Shown here piece by piece: positions 24,780 to 35,565 of a DNA stretch of 64,000 nt. Both the position numbers and the translations under genes were made by a program. The notes under the pieces were generated by a model. It saw nothing but the letters and a program-made list of their open reading frames with translations. It ran no database searches and was not told where the DNA came from. The stretch is from Hormiphora californensis (lineage: Eukaryota > Animalia > Ctenophora). The number at the start of each line of letters is the position of its first letter. Positions within the stretch are counted from its first letter, which is position 1. Location of the stretch: the NCBI GenBank assembly GCA_020137815.1, contig CM035357.1, forward strand, positions 2,480,001 through 2,544,000, in the 5' to 3' direction.

Positions 24780-27700
24780 CTATTCCTTTCCCTTCTTTTT
24801 CTTTTTTGAGTCCTTCACAACGGTCACAATGTACTCAGAACCGGCAATCATCTGAAATGAAGAGAATTGTTACTTGGGGTCAGCACACACCAAAGTTAAA
24901 ATTAAAATTTTGATTTTAACGCCGCACACACCAGCGGCCGTTAAAATTTCTCTCCCCCATTCTAAAAGTAACGATCTCGCGTGCCATGATATTTCACATT
25001 AAATGCACAATGTGCATTGCACATTCTGCAGGGTGTCCATTGCACCTTCTATTCCAACCTTTGATCTTCTTCATTTTCATCCAATCAATACTTCCCAGTT
25101 CCCACAATCCAAGAGAAAAACTATACAACACCTTGTGGAAAACTCTTGCATTTCAAGCTGCATTTCCTTCCAATCAATGTCACACCTTAGCTCAATTCCA
25201 TCCCATGTTCACACACACAGACACACACACAGACACACACCCACACACACACACACACACACGAGCAAACCTGTGGAACGCCAGCAAAGACGAGTTGTTC
25301 GTTGACAATGTTCGTCCATCGTTTGCCGGACACGGGGTTAGTTGGGGCGGGGTGAAGCAGAGGGTAGACATGGGGACCAACCTCCTGACTACAGAACAGT
25401 TTACCAACCTGAGATTATAATAAGACATTTTAAGAACTGGGATGGAATTGGTAATGAAATTACCCCTCTGTTATTATTGCTCACGTATGCAGCAATAAAA
25501 GGGGTGACTTCGTAACCAAGGATGGGAGGGGGATATTGGGGTAGATGAAGTTGATAAATGATAATATTCAATAAATATTGAGTTAAGTAAGTGGTTGTAT
25601 GAAGCGGACAGGTAACAATTTATATGCTGCATCTTTATCATAGGCAGTAAAGAGGAAGCAGTCGATAAAGATCTTGATTTATAATTGAGATAAAGATCTC
25701 ATCCACAGAAGAAGAATCACCACATTTGAGGACTTTCTGGAGACGTTAAAAAACGACAGTAGCAAAAATATGAATTCGACTATGATGAGATTTCCCTGCA
25801 CTAAAAAATTCTTCGGTGTACCCTTAAATATTATATAGTTAAAAGTATTAAGAAGCTACCAGAATCCAGACAAATAACTATCCAATATGAATTTATTTAT
25901 TTCAATTCATATTGGATAGTTATTTGTCTGGACTCTGGGCTCTGGACTATAACTACTGCAGTCGGACCCCGATTTAACGGCACCCTGGGGGAAGGGTTTT
26001 TTCCCGTTAAATCGGGGTTTCCGCTAGATCGGGGTCAAATACTGTTAACTTCCTATATCGGGGGAAGATTATCCTGCCGTCGGGGTGCCGTTAAATCGGG
26101 GTCCGATAAATTGGTCTTTTGAGAGCGGGAAAAAGACAAAAATGCTCGGAGAGCTATTCTCTCCTAAAGTCGGATTTTTTCAAGATGTCACCCCCAAATG
26201 CACACAATTTTGACACACACACTTTAACATGTGATGTGACACGCAAACGAAACGAGCGCACGAGAAGGGGGTGACAATTTCAAAAACCCGACTTTACCTA
26301 CAACAATCTTGTCCAATTCTGAATCGGTTCACTCTCACTATATAGTCGGTTTTTTAAAGCTTTCAAACTTCTTAAATGCCCGTAACTCCGGTTCCTGATA
26401 AGATAGAGACTTGAAATTTGAGGTTACAAATATTATGACAGGTTCTTCCGAACCTCCAAACTTTAAGTCTTTATCTTACCTGGAACCGGAGATTTTACTA
26501 ATTTTGTTATTTCAAACGACACTCATTTAAAATCCGACTATAAATGCCATTGCTCAACGGTATACGACTGAAAGCGTTTAAAGACGCTAAATAGCTGTTG
26601 AATGGTTTGAAGGGGACTTTAAATACCTGCTGAAACGCAAATCCCCCGATAGCCACCACGATCGCTGGCCGAAGAATCTCGACGATATCAATTATGTGGA
26701 GATCGCAGTGGGTGATTACTTGGTTCCGTAGCTCGTGTGGCAAGCACGCTGGTACCACCTGAGAGGGAGAGAGGAAGAGAGAGAGAGAGAGAGAGAGATC
26801 ATGCGTGGCACGTGTGGTTTTCTAGAAGGTAAGTTATAGGAATGCAAATGATTTACTAGTTACGAAGTAAATCCAAACTAGAGAATCAGATGACATACCT
26901 GCATACCAAATGTTAGCAGATACAAAATATACGCGACCTACCTCTTTTCCCCGCTCATCTACATACAAGGCAGGGCAGTATGTGGTAACGTAGCATTTTC
27001 TCGCGAATTCCTTCATGCTGTATCTGGTCTCAAAGAACCTCCAAAACCGTTCTCCTTCCGGGTCCGCCCTAAGAGTTTCCCATCCCGTGACAGGTAGTTT
27101 CTCGTGGGAGACTTTGGGGGAACTAAAAATATTAGATTCAGGACTTTATAAGGTAAAATAATTAGAGATCATAAATAATGGTATTGTTTTTTCATTTTGT
27201 CTTCTCCAAATATTCACCTGATTTCAAGAGGTGGGACGTTGAGATATTCCTTCACATGTTTAGTATTTCCGAAGGGAACACCATTCTGGGCCATGCCGTA
27301 GGGTGTAGCGCTCATCCCCACAAACAATATGGGCTTCTCGGCATTGCCGTACTTGCACACGTAGGCACAGTGCGGCTCACATGCATACACCAGGGGATTA
27401 TACATCCTGGGGAGCAGCCCGGTTAACTGGAAATTAGAATCGGACCTCGATTCACCGGGCCTCTACCCTAGTAAACACGACGGTAAGTTGCATTTTATCC
27501 GCTCGGTAAGTGTCGGTATACCGAAGCTTACCGAGCGGTAAATGCAACTTACCGACACGCGGCGCTACTTACCGACGGTTTACCGAGCCGGTAAATGCAA
27601 CTTTTTGTCACACGCAAATCTGAGATTTAATGTTTTGGTCCAAAAGTTAAAACTCGTCACAAACTTGTTTATATAACTTGTTTATATAACTTGCTTATAT

Positions 27701-28170
27701 CAATTCGCTACCGAAAAAATATACCTTATTTCAACTCTTCCAACTTTTTGGACCAAAACAATAAATCTCAGATTTGCGAGTGACAAAAAGTTGCATTTAC
27801 CGGCTCGGTAAACCGTCGGTAAGTAGCGCCGCGCGTCGGTAAGTTGCATTTACCGCTCGGTAAGCTTCGGTATACCGACACTTACCGAGCGGATAAATGC
27901 AACTTACCGACACGTCGTGTTAATTACTAGGGTATTTACCGGAACCCCTATTTACCGGGAGGATTAACTTCCCTCAAATATTTTGGCAAATTTCACTGAC
28001 AATTTCAGAATTTAGAATTTTCTAATAAACTTATACTGCTGTTACTGGCAGTATATTGTTTTCGAAACTTACGTTAGTTTCCCTTTATCATGTCGTTCCA
28101 GGTTGGCTATGAGCCTCGCTTCGGAAGCAAATATCTGATGGGCCACATGCGTATCGTCTAATCCAAGCAT
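24780..28170 (-). CDS. SMUG1: SMUG1-family uracil-DNA glycosylase-like protein, 269 aa; exons 28170-28073, 27406-27218, 27122-26942, 26758-26627, 25408-25271, 24851-24780
   Basis: The spliced frame (810 nt) gives YNPLVYACEPH..ILFVGMSATPYGMAQNGVPFG..GERFWRFF..CYVTTYCP..VVAIGGFA..LLHPAPTNP..W, collinear with SMUG1 (YNPVEYAWEPH, GMNPGPFGMAQTGVPFG, GARFWGFF, HNLCP, LLHPSPRNP); C-terminal KKKKK. Confidence 0.9.
25448..25519. mobile_element. 72-bp TIR mini-element
   Basis: TTGGTAATGAAATTACCCCT...GGGGTGACTTCGTAACCAA; imperfect flanking duplication GGATGG(A/G)A. Confidence 0.75.
27466..27932. mobile_element. 467-bp near-perfect foldback element, TA TSD
   Basis: TA|CCCTAGTAA...TTACTAGGG|TA; arms of ~200 bp are reverse complements. 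Confidence 0.9.
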
Positions 28171-29996
28171 TGCAGGTGCCAGCTAATTAATGAAATACAA
28201 TCATTTAAACAAACCATTCTCAAGTATACATTATTGGAGCACGGCGCACGCTATTATACGAACTCACACACATTCAAAATCCTGCTCCCAAGTCCCAACT
28301 GCCGACGCCTTCCTTTTCTCGATATATGATTTTGATCGCACGAAAAAGATTTGATTCCTGATGTGCTGATCTTAACCATTCAAGTCAAAACATCCAATCC
28401 ATTGACGATTGCCCATTTATACATAAAATTTTCCAATTTCCAATTCCTAGCCCTGGGAAATTCGGCCAGCGTTAAAATCTGGGTGTTTTGGGAGTGCTGA
28501 CAAACGTTTTTTTTTTAGGGTTAGGGCTAAAGTAGGGTTAGGGTTGGGGTTTGGGTCGGGTTATCATCATCATCATCACAAAATACTTAATATTCCGCTT
28601 TATAGCTTTTACTTGTCATTATTATTACAAGAACCGGAGAGAGATCGATTAGACATGTATGAGGTCAGTTGCCCGAAATAGGTCCATGATGACCAGATAG
28701 TCGAAGAGCGAGAGAGACAAGACCAGATAGTCGGAGAGCGAGAGAGACAAGTCGTTACTCAAACTAAGATAAGATGAATAAAAGCATATTGTTTACAATT
28801 AAAATCAGCTGAGCTATCAAGCATCCTAATGTTATAAAGCATTGAATAAGTGGCTAGTACAATGGTCTAACGTGAGTTTCGTTGCACAAATTAGAACAAT
28901 GGTTATGTTATGCTACAATAATTGTAGCATAACATAACCCTAATAGTCGTTCTAATTTGTAGTACAATTGTTTCATTACGGCCCTTTATACCCTAATCAC
29001 TGGAGACAATGAAAGATATGCCTGACATTTTACTTGAGACGTGTCTATAATGCACTTGTAACTCCTCCTTCCAACCCTGTTTTGAGAATGAAACAGAGAA
29101 TGAACAGAGAATGAAACAGAGAATGAACAGAAAATGAGAGAGAGAATGAGAGAGAGAATGAGAGAGAGAATGAACAGAAAATGAGAGAGAGAATGAGAGA
29201 GAGAATGAACACAAAGAGGGAGACGGTGCTTTTGAAACATTTCAACACTGTTATACTTAAAAGCAATGAATTTTACTAAAACCCGTTTGAGGAATTCCGC
29301 CGCCTTTCCCCTTTTGTTAATCTTTGTAACAGCCGAAAGAAGTGACATTTGCATTGTAACAGATCATAAGGAATTTATGTGTCACTGATTATACTTACTG
29401 TCCCAAAGTTTCTCCATTGGGTGCGCCTCAAGTAAGGGCTTTTTTATAACCCACCCGGCTTCGCCGGGTGGTTCTTTTCGCCCCTTTCAACGTCAATAAC
29501 ACGGTTGCCATGGCAACTGAATTGGTAACTATGGGGACTGGCATGTCAAAAGTCATTTGAAAATATTAACAAACTTCCACTGGAAGTTCCAAAAGTGTGA
29601 ATGACAGCTTTACAGCTTTGGGCCCATGAAGTGTTTTATGAAGGAGCAGTCTGTCGCTTAGATACCGCTGAACGAACGACCACTTCGACGCGACATCTCC
29701 AAATTATAATAGAGATTATTAAATCTGTTTACAATAATTTGACACTGTCAATATTGCCCTCCTATTTGCGAGGAAAATGGAACTCTCTAGGTCTCTTTCA
29801 CACTTTCTCAGCTGTCAGATCATACAAAAAAATATAAAATGTCGATTAAAATACTGATTAGATAATGATTAAAATATATTGTAAATTGATTAAATAAGTT
29901 AGTTAAAAATTCACTCCGTGGAGTGCGATTCGTACACAGTGTGTACGTCTCGGGCTGGTCAGTTATACATTTACAATTAATTAGAATATAAACCCA

Positions 29997-32900
29997 TTAC
30001 ACAAGCAGTTGATCCCCAAATAAAGATTGTTCTATTACAGCTCTTACTAGCTTTCTAAAGTTCGATTTTACCTGCTTGTCTTTGGAGAAAATTAGTGGAA
30101 GATGGAAGTTCATTTCATAAGAAGATATCACCCTTAGTTCCTCACGGGGCCCTTCCACATCTTTTATCGCAGAACATTCAAACAACTTGTGGAATGTTGA
30201 ATCTGGGAGTTGGCCACATTCAAGACAATTGGGAACTGTAAGTGATCGCTCGTATCTCAGGTAACTGAAGCTGAAGTCTTGAAAACGTAAGGATCTGCCA
30301 TGTACAAAGTCTAAGACCTGAGATGAGTTCTGTCGGGACATGTTTCTTGGAATTATGGGGAAATCCAAAGTGGCCTCTGAGTTGATAAGGTTGGCGAGTT
30401 CTTCTTGAGAGTGAATAGGAAGTATGCTGAAAGGGTCATCTCGAGTCAAATGGTTAATCGATGATTTGAGTGACCGGTCCCATAAACTACATGTGTACTG
30501 TCTCATTTCCTCTTTTGAGTACAGGAAAGTGTCTGGCTCTAAACTTCCCAAGTTAATAGTTCTGATTGAATCTCTGTTAGAATCCTGGATCTGGACACCG
30601 TCTAGTTGAGTCGACTTCCAAACCAAATATCTTTTGGTAGCAGCAATCTGCCAGAAGAACACATGATTTTGTTCCGCTTCAATTTGTAGTAGTTTAGCTG
30701 ATATATTATCTTTAGCTGCAAGGCCTTTTAGGACAAATTTGGTTACCACTGTTTCCACAAGAACGTCAATAGGAGGCACGCATGCTAGGAGTTCTGACAG
30801 AGGTTTGGCTATGTGAACTTGTCCCCCTGTTATCTTCAGCCGTGCTCGGGAAAGAAGATCTCCGAAGAAGTCCGTTCGCTGTCTTAACCAAACTGGTGCT
30901 GCATAAAGGATCTTTGTCAAGATTACTGTTCTGAATAGTAGCGAAAGCCCCGAACTGTTAATCCCTGTCAGTCGACCAGTCATTGAGGTTAATGTGTTCC
31001 AGTTAAACCAGCATCTTTTCAGTACATCAGCAGCATGAGTCATGAAATTTAGGTTACTATCAATGTAAACCCCAAGGACTTTACTATTCTTGGCAAAAGT
31101 GACAACTTTATTTCCAATCTTCAGTTGCTGAGGTGATGCACTATCATCTGATGAACCCCTTGGTCTGATGATGACAATCTCTGTTTTATTTCTATCACAG
31201 TTCACCGCTAGTCTCCACTTCCGACACCAGTTGTGAATGTAGTCCAAAACTATTGCCATAGTTCTCTCGCATTGAGTCTGGTCTCCAAAAACCAACACAG
31301 ATCCGTCGTCGGCGAACTTGAATGCTTCAGTCCTACATCTCACCTCCTCCGGCAGATTTTTGGTGCAGAGTAAGTCAGAGATGTAGAGAATGAATAGGAT
31401 TGGAGAGAGGACTGCCCCCTGGGGAAGGCCTACTCTTCCACACCTACGGAGTGGGCCAAGAACTCCATTGATCTTCAAACGAACACTTCTTTGTGAAAGC
31501 ATGTTGTCGATAAGGTTCAACAGCATTCCATTGATTCCAAGTTTATGGAGCTTCACAATCAAACATTCATGGGGAACTGAGTCAAAAGCTTTTTGGAAAT
31601 CTATACACAACAGAAAGGCTGTCAGCTTTCTTCTGCGTGTTTCATGAACGGTCGATAGCAGCTTGAAGAGATAGCGAGTGGTGTTTCGTGCCGGTAGGAA
31701 GCCCTCTTGTTCCTCATCTGGTATTGATTCCATGGCGCAAAGATCTTTAATTCTTTTGTCCATAACCCTTTCAAGCATCTTTCCGATGTACGATGATATT
31801 GTGATGGGTCGGAAGGAACCTGGTTTTACATAGGACGACTTTCCAGGTTTCTGGATGAATGTAACGTAGGAAGAGTTCCACAGCCATCGACCCAGCTTTA
31901 GGCATCTCGAAAACATATCGGCTAAGTACTGCACAGTTCTGTGGCGAAGGTGTTTCAGCATGGTTGGGTGGATACCATCTCCGTCCCAGGCTTTACCACT
32001 CGCTTTCATAGAGCTGATGGCTGCTGATACTTCGTCGGCGGCTACTGGGCGATTGAGTTGATCCTCCGGGTCGTGATGATCGTCATCCTCTATCTCGTTC
32101 TTCAAACGAGCATAATCCTCAGTTATTCCGTCGAGGTGAACATCGTCAAAATCCTCACCTTGTAGGTGTTTACCAGTAAAGTAGGCATCAAAGAGGATGA
32201 GATCTTTTTCAGAGTCAAGGTGCAGAAGATCTCCGTTTTGGTTTTCTAAACATCCAATAGTATTCTCCTCTTTGGCAAGGAACATTCTGCGATATTGCTC
32301 CCAGAATTCACTGCATTCTTGGACATTGAGACCGTTTAGTCGCTGGTGAATCCACTCGTTTTTCTTCTTAATCAGCGCCTCCTTGAAAATATCTTTGGCT
32401 TGCTCCACTGCTTCTTTGTTGATATTAGTTCTTCTATAGCGCAGCCTTTTCTGAGCATCTCTGAGTTTTACAGACAACTCTGACAATTCAGGAGTCCAAA
32501 ATGGCCGGGAATGTTTGCAAATGGTCTTTGTTGGGATGTGGCTCTCGTTGGAAGATTTTAAACAGTCTAAAAAGTTGTGAAGCATACTGTCAGGAGATTC
32601 AGTAACAGATGGAGGATGTTCACAAAGTACACTCTCAACTTCAAGGGACCAGAGCTTCCAGTCAGTTCTGGCGAGATCAGGTACCTCTCTTTTTGAGGCT
32701 CTTGAGTTCTGGAAATTCATTTCTGTAAAAACTGGGGCGTGACCACGCGATGGGAACCCTGTAAAAAGGGTGTAGGCCGCCTCTTCGTCAACCCAAGGGT
32801 GCTGCTGGATGCCAGCATTCCCGAACATAAGTCCTATGTCAATCACACTTCCCCCGTTGTTACAAAGAAATGTATTTCTACCGGGCGAAAGGGCTACACA

Positions 32901-33389
32901 CTTTTCCGTGTCACAAAATTCCAGCAGCTGTTTTCCCTCCTTATTAGTTTGCCTGTCACCTAGGGGAATGCATCGTGCATTTAGATCTCCAAGAACAAGT
33001 AAAGAACGGATGCCAGAGGATTTACAGAGCGCCCAAGCATTTCTGATAACATCGAGAAGTGGAGATAAACTGTTGCTGGGGGAACGGTAGACAGATCCTA
33101 CCATCAATGGCTTGTTGTCGATCTGGATGGTTGCGAAGACAGCACCAAATAGGGCGGATTCAAGTTTGTGGATGCGCTGTGGCTTTAAATCAGGGTTTAT
33201 GGAGAGTGATACTCCCCGGTCGGCAGAAACTCCAAAGGTCTTCATATTAGTGAATGTGTTACCAGCAGGTGAGGTTCCCACCTCCTGCAAGGCGAGTATG
33301 CTAATACGTCTTGTATAACATAAACGATCTACTGCAATTGCAGATTGGGGACTAAGACCGCTCACGTTTAATTGACACAAACTAACCAT
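29997..33389 (-). CDS. LINE ORF2: APE endonuclease + reverse transcriptase + C-terminal CCHC
   Basis: LNVSGL, LALQE, VYRSP, GDLNA, IDI (APE); FRPITI, QEGF, IDFQKAFDSV, GLPQGAVLSP, FADD, LGV (RT); CLEC..H...C. Confidence 0.97.
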   Translation of the reverse strand: MVSLCQLNVSGLSPQSAIAVDRLCYTRRISILALQEVGTSPAGNTFTNMKTFGVSADRGVSLSINPDLKPQRIHKLESALFGAVFATIQIDNKPLMVGSVYRSPSNSLSPLLDVIRNAWALCKSSGIRSLLVLGDLNARCIPLGDRQTNKEGKQLLEFCDTEKCVALSPGRNTFLCNNGGSVIDIGLMFGNAGIQQHPWVDEEAAYTLFTGFPSRGHAPVFTEMNFQNSRASKREVPDLARTDWKLWSLEVESVLCEHPPSVTESPDSMLHNFLDCLKSSNESHIPTKTICKHSRPFWTPELSELSVKLRDAQKRLRYRRTNINKEAVEQAKDIFKEALIKKKNEWIHQRLNGLNVQECSEFWEQYRRMFLAKEENTIGCLENQNGDLLHLDSEKDLILFDAYFTGKHLQGEDFDDVHLDGITEDYARLKNEIEDDDHHDPEDQLNRPVAADEVSAAISSMKASGKAWDGDGIHPTMLKHLRHRTVQYLADMFSRCLKLGRWLWNSSYVTFIQKPGKSSYVKPGSFRPITISSYIGKMLERVMDKRIKDLCAMESIPDEEQEGFLPARNTTRYLFKLLSTVHETRRRKLTAFLLCIDFQKAFDSVPHECLIVKLHKLGINGMLLNLIDNMLSQRSVRLKINGVLGPLRRCGRVGLPQGAVLSPILFILYISDLLCTKNLPEEVRCRTEAFKFADDGSVLVFGDQTQCERTMAIVLDYIHNWCRKWRLAVNCDRNKTEIVIIRPRGSSDDSASPQQLKIGNKVVTFAKNSKVLGVYIDSNLNFMTHAADVLKRCWFNWNTLTSMTGRLTGINSSGLSLLFRTVILTKILYAAPVWLRQRTDFFGDLLSRARLKITGGQVHIAKPLSELLACVPPIDVLVETVVTKFVLKGLAAKDNISAKLLQIEAEQNHVFFWQIAATKRYLVWKSTQLDGVQIQDSNRDSIRTINLGSLEPDTFLYSKEEMRQYTCSLWDRSLKSSINHLTRDDPFSILPIHSQEELANLINSEATLDFPIIPRNMSRQNSSQVLDFVHGRSLRFQDFSFSYLRYERSLTVPNCLECGQLPDSTFHKLFECSAIKDVEGPREELRVISSYEMNFHLPLIFSKDKQVKSNFRKLVRAVIEQSLFGDQLLV

Positions 33390-34773
33390 AGTGCATTTTT
33401 GAGAGAATAGGGCAGTTCATTGATGTGGCGGAATGGTTGCGGTCCCTACTGTTAACACAGTTTGAGCACTTTAGACGAGATGAATCCCCAGTTGATACAA
33501 CAGGACAATCCACAGGTTTGTGATCCTCAGAGCAATGAGGACAACAACGTTTCTGTCTACACCAACAGGCTGGGTGACCAAACTGGAAGCAGTTATAGCA
33601 CTGGTTGCTTTTCGGAGATCTCGTATCAACGTATTGCCTTATCCGACATGATTGGTACTCTAATCGGAGTCCAGAACTTATAGCAGCATCTCGTCCTTGT
33701 TCAGTTTCAAAGATTATCATTACTGAAGATGTAGGTGTGCGACTTCTACCGAGCATTCTCCGTACATGGGTGGGCTTGACACCCAGTTTGACCTCCAGAC
33801 TTTCTGAGATTTCAGCTTCCAAAACTGAAGGGTCCACATTCTCAGCTACGCACTTGTGACCTCCCTCAGACAGAATGGATGCACGTGTTGATTTATCATC
33901 GCTAGCAAAGAAGTTAGGCTTCCAATCACGAACGACAGTTTCTGCATCTTCACTTGAAGTCATCTCCAATAGAAGATAACCCCGCCTTGTCGGCTTGACC
34001 TGGGAGATTACAATGTTAGGGTAGTATTTGTGAAATTCTTTCGAAGTTAAATATCCCTGCTTAATGAACTTTTCATAATCTGTGACTCCTCTTACTATAA
34101 CTGTTCTCTTAGCATCACACAAATTAGATCGGTTTGCACCATGAGAAGAGTTCTTAAAACTGTTATTTGTGCCCTTAAAAACTTCTCTCTGAACATTTGC
34201 AACTCTCTGTGAATCACCACACTCATCAACACTTGGTTTGGCCCTGACAATAGCTTGTGAACCGAGAGCTGTTGCGTAGCTCTGGTTAATGGATTTACTC
34301 ATCTCCTCCAAGAAAGACGATACTTTAGTGTCTATCGCATGTTCAAAATTGTCTAAGCGGTCTTCTAGTACCCTCTGAGTAAGTACAGACGGTTCGTTGC
34401 TCATACTCTTAATAGTACAGTTCAGTTCATCGTCCCTACAGCTGGGACAAAACCATGCTAAACCCTCGTATTCGTTTATCAGCAAACAGGTTTTATCATC
34501 ATCTAGAACGGCAGAACAGTCACTATTTCGGCATGTTACAGTATACTCTCCATTGATGGTTGACGGGGCATTAGATGCCTGCTCATGTAGATCGTCCAAA
34601 AGTTCAAGCGTGAGACAGTACGCACTCCTTAATAACTGTAGTATATCAGTACGGCTGGGCTTGGAAGAAGGGGGATTTGGTGATCCCTTGGTGACATAAG
34701 TCATTAACCCTTTCTGTTCAACTGCGGCTTTCAACGCAAGAAATCCATCGTGGGTGTCTCGAACAGTTTTCAT
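33382..34773 (-). CDS. LINE ORF1 (gag-like, three zinc knuckles, N-terminal Cys cluster)
   Basis: CYNCFQFGHPACWC, CPHCSEDHKPVDC, CSNC..H..C; WFCPSC; stop codon overlaps the ORF2 ATG by 8 nt. Confidence 0.93.
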   Translation of the reverse strand: MKTVRDTHDGFLALKAAVEQKGLMTYVTKGSPNPPSSKPSRTDILQLLRSAYCLTLELLDDLHEQASNAPSTINGEYTVTCRNSDCSAVLDDDKTCLLINEYEGLAWFCPSCRDDELNCTIKSMSNEPSVLTQRVLEDRLDNFEHAIDTKVSSFLEEMSKSINQSYATALGSQAIVRAKPSVDECGDSQRVANVQREVFKGTNNSFKNSSHGANRSNLCDAKRTVIVRGVTDYEKFIKQGYLTSKEFHKYYPNIVISQVKPTRRGYLLLEMTSSEDAETVVRDWKPNFFASDDKSTRASILSEGGHKCVAENVDPSVLEAEISESLEVKLGVKPTHVRRMLGRSRTPTSSVMIIFETEQGRDAAISSGLRLEYQSCRIRQYVDTRSPKSNQCYNCFQFGHPACWCRQKRCCPHCSEDHKPVDCPVVSTGDSSRLKCSNCVNSRDRNHSATSMNCPILSKMHYG

Positions 34774-35565
34774 ATCGGGGTTATCCTCCCCGTTCTTCTT
34801 TTCGTTTTAGTCATGGTTTCTGCCCTTAGGGGCGGCTAGTGGGTCGCCATCCTAAAACTCAAATTAATTTGTTTTTTTTTTTACTTGTCAGAAAAGTTCT
34901 TACATATGCTAGAAAACACACAGACTAAACTAACGGCTTTCAAAAGCGGTGGAGCCTACTTCGAATCGCCCGAGATCACACACAAATTGTGTATGGGTCC
35001 AAGCCATTCGAAGGAGGCTCCAATACCTACAACTCAAGAAACTACTATAGCCGTTAGGCCTTGACATTCCCTACCATATAAACTTTGAATCAGCCAAAAC
35101 GGTTGAGTGGTTTGGCGGTTAGAGCCATTTTAGTGAATCAACTTTTTTGGCAGTGCGCACCTGTAAACAGGCCTCCAAACACCCAGATCGTAAAAAACGG
35201 CGCCCGGGAAATTCCGAATTCGCGCCAAATTTCTGAACTGGAAAATTTCAAGATTTTGATATTTCTGCAAGACCGCGCGCCGCAATTTATGGAAAAAACG
35301 CGCGGCGCGTTAAATATTTGCGCGGCTCATTTTTTTTACTTTGAGGATCTGGCTGTTTCAATTTACAAAGTTGAGACTGTGCTTCGATAAAAGCCTGATG
35401 TTTTCAGGACACGGTAGCAAATTAATGTTAGATCATGACAGTGACATTACATTCACATTTACAAGGCTAAAAAACTAAAATAGGAGCTACCACTATAATA
35501 TAAACTCAAAGTCAAACGATTGCAATTAACTGTTTAACGCCACGGGTAGTGGGTACGATCGTGAT

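Larger units (their letters stand above)
28619..34878 (-). mobile_element. Full-length I-group-like LINE (6.26 kb) with (TAA)n tail and spliced-leader-like 5' end
   Basis: 12-bp TSD TTTTACTTGTCA (28607-28618, 34879-34890); tail TAATAATAA; two intact overlapping ORFs. Confidence 0.92.
28464..35205. mobile_element. ~470-bp MULE-like MITE (9-bp TSD GGGAAATTC) hosting the LINE
   Basis: GGGAAATTC at 28455-28463 and 35206-35214; imperfect TIRs sharing ATCTGGGTGTTT; the empty site is visible at 40255-40270. Confidence 0.8.

Noticed and set aside
28515-28562. TTAGGG-like tract as a telomere
   Set aside because: Only a few degenerate units, located inside a MITE.
34858-34890. SL RNA gene, or site-specific insertion into one
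   Set aside because: The leader-like sequence is not followed by a GT donor or SL-RNA body, lacks the 5' part of the leader, and lies inside the LINE's TSDs.
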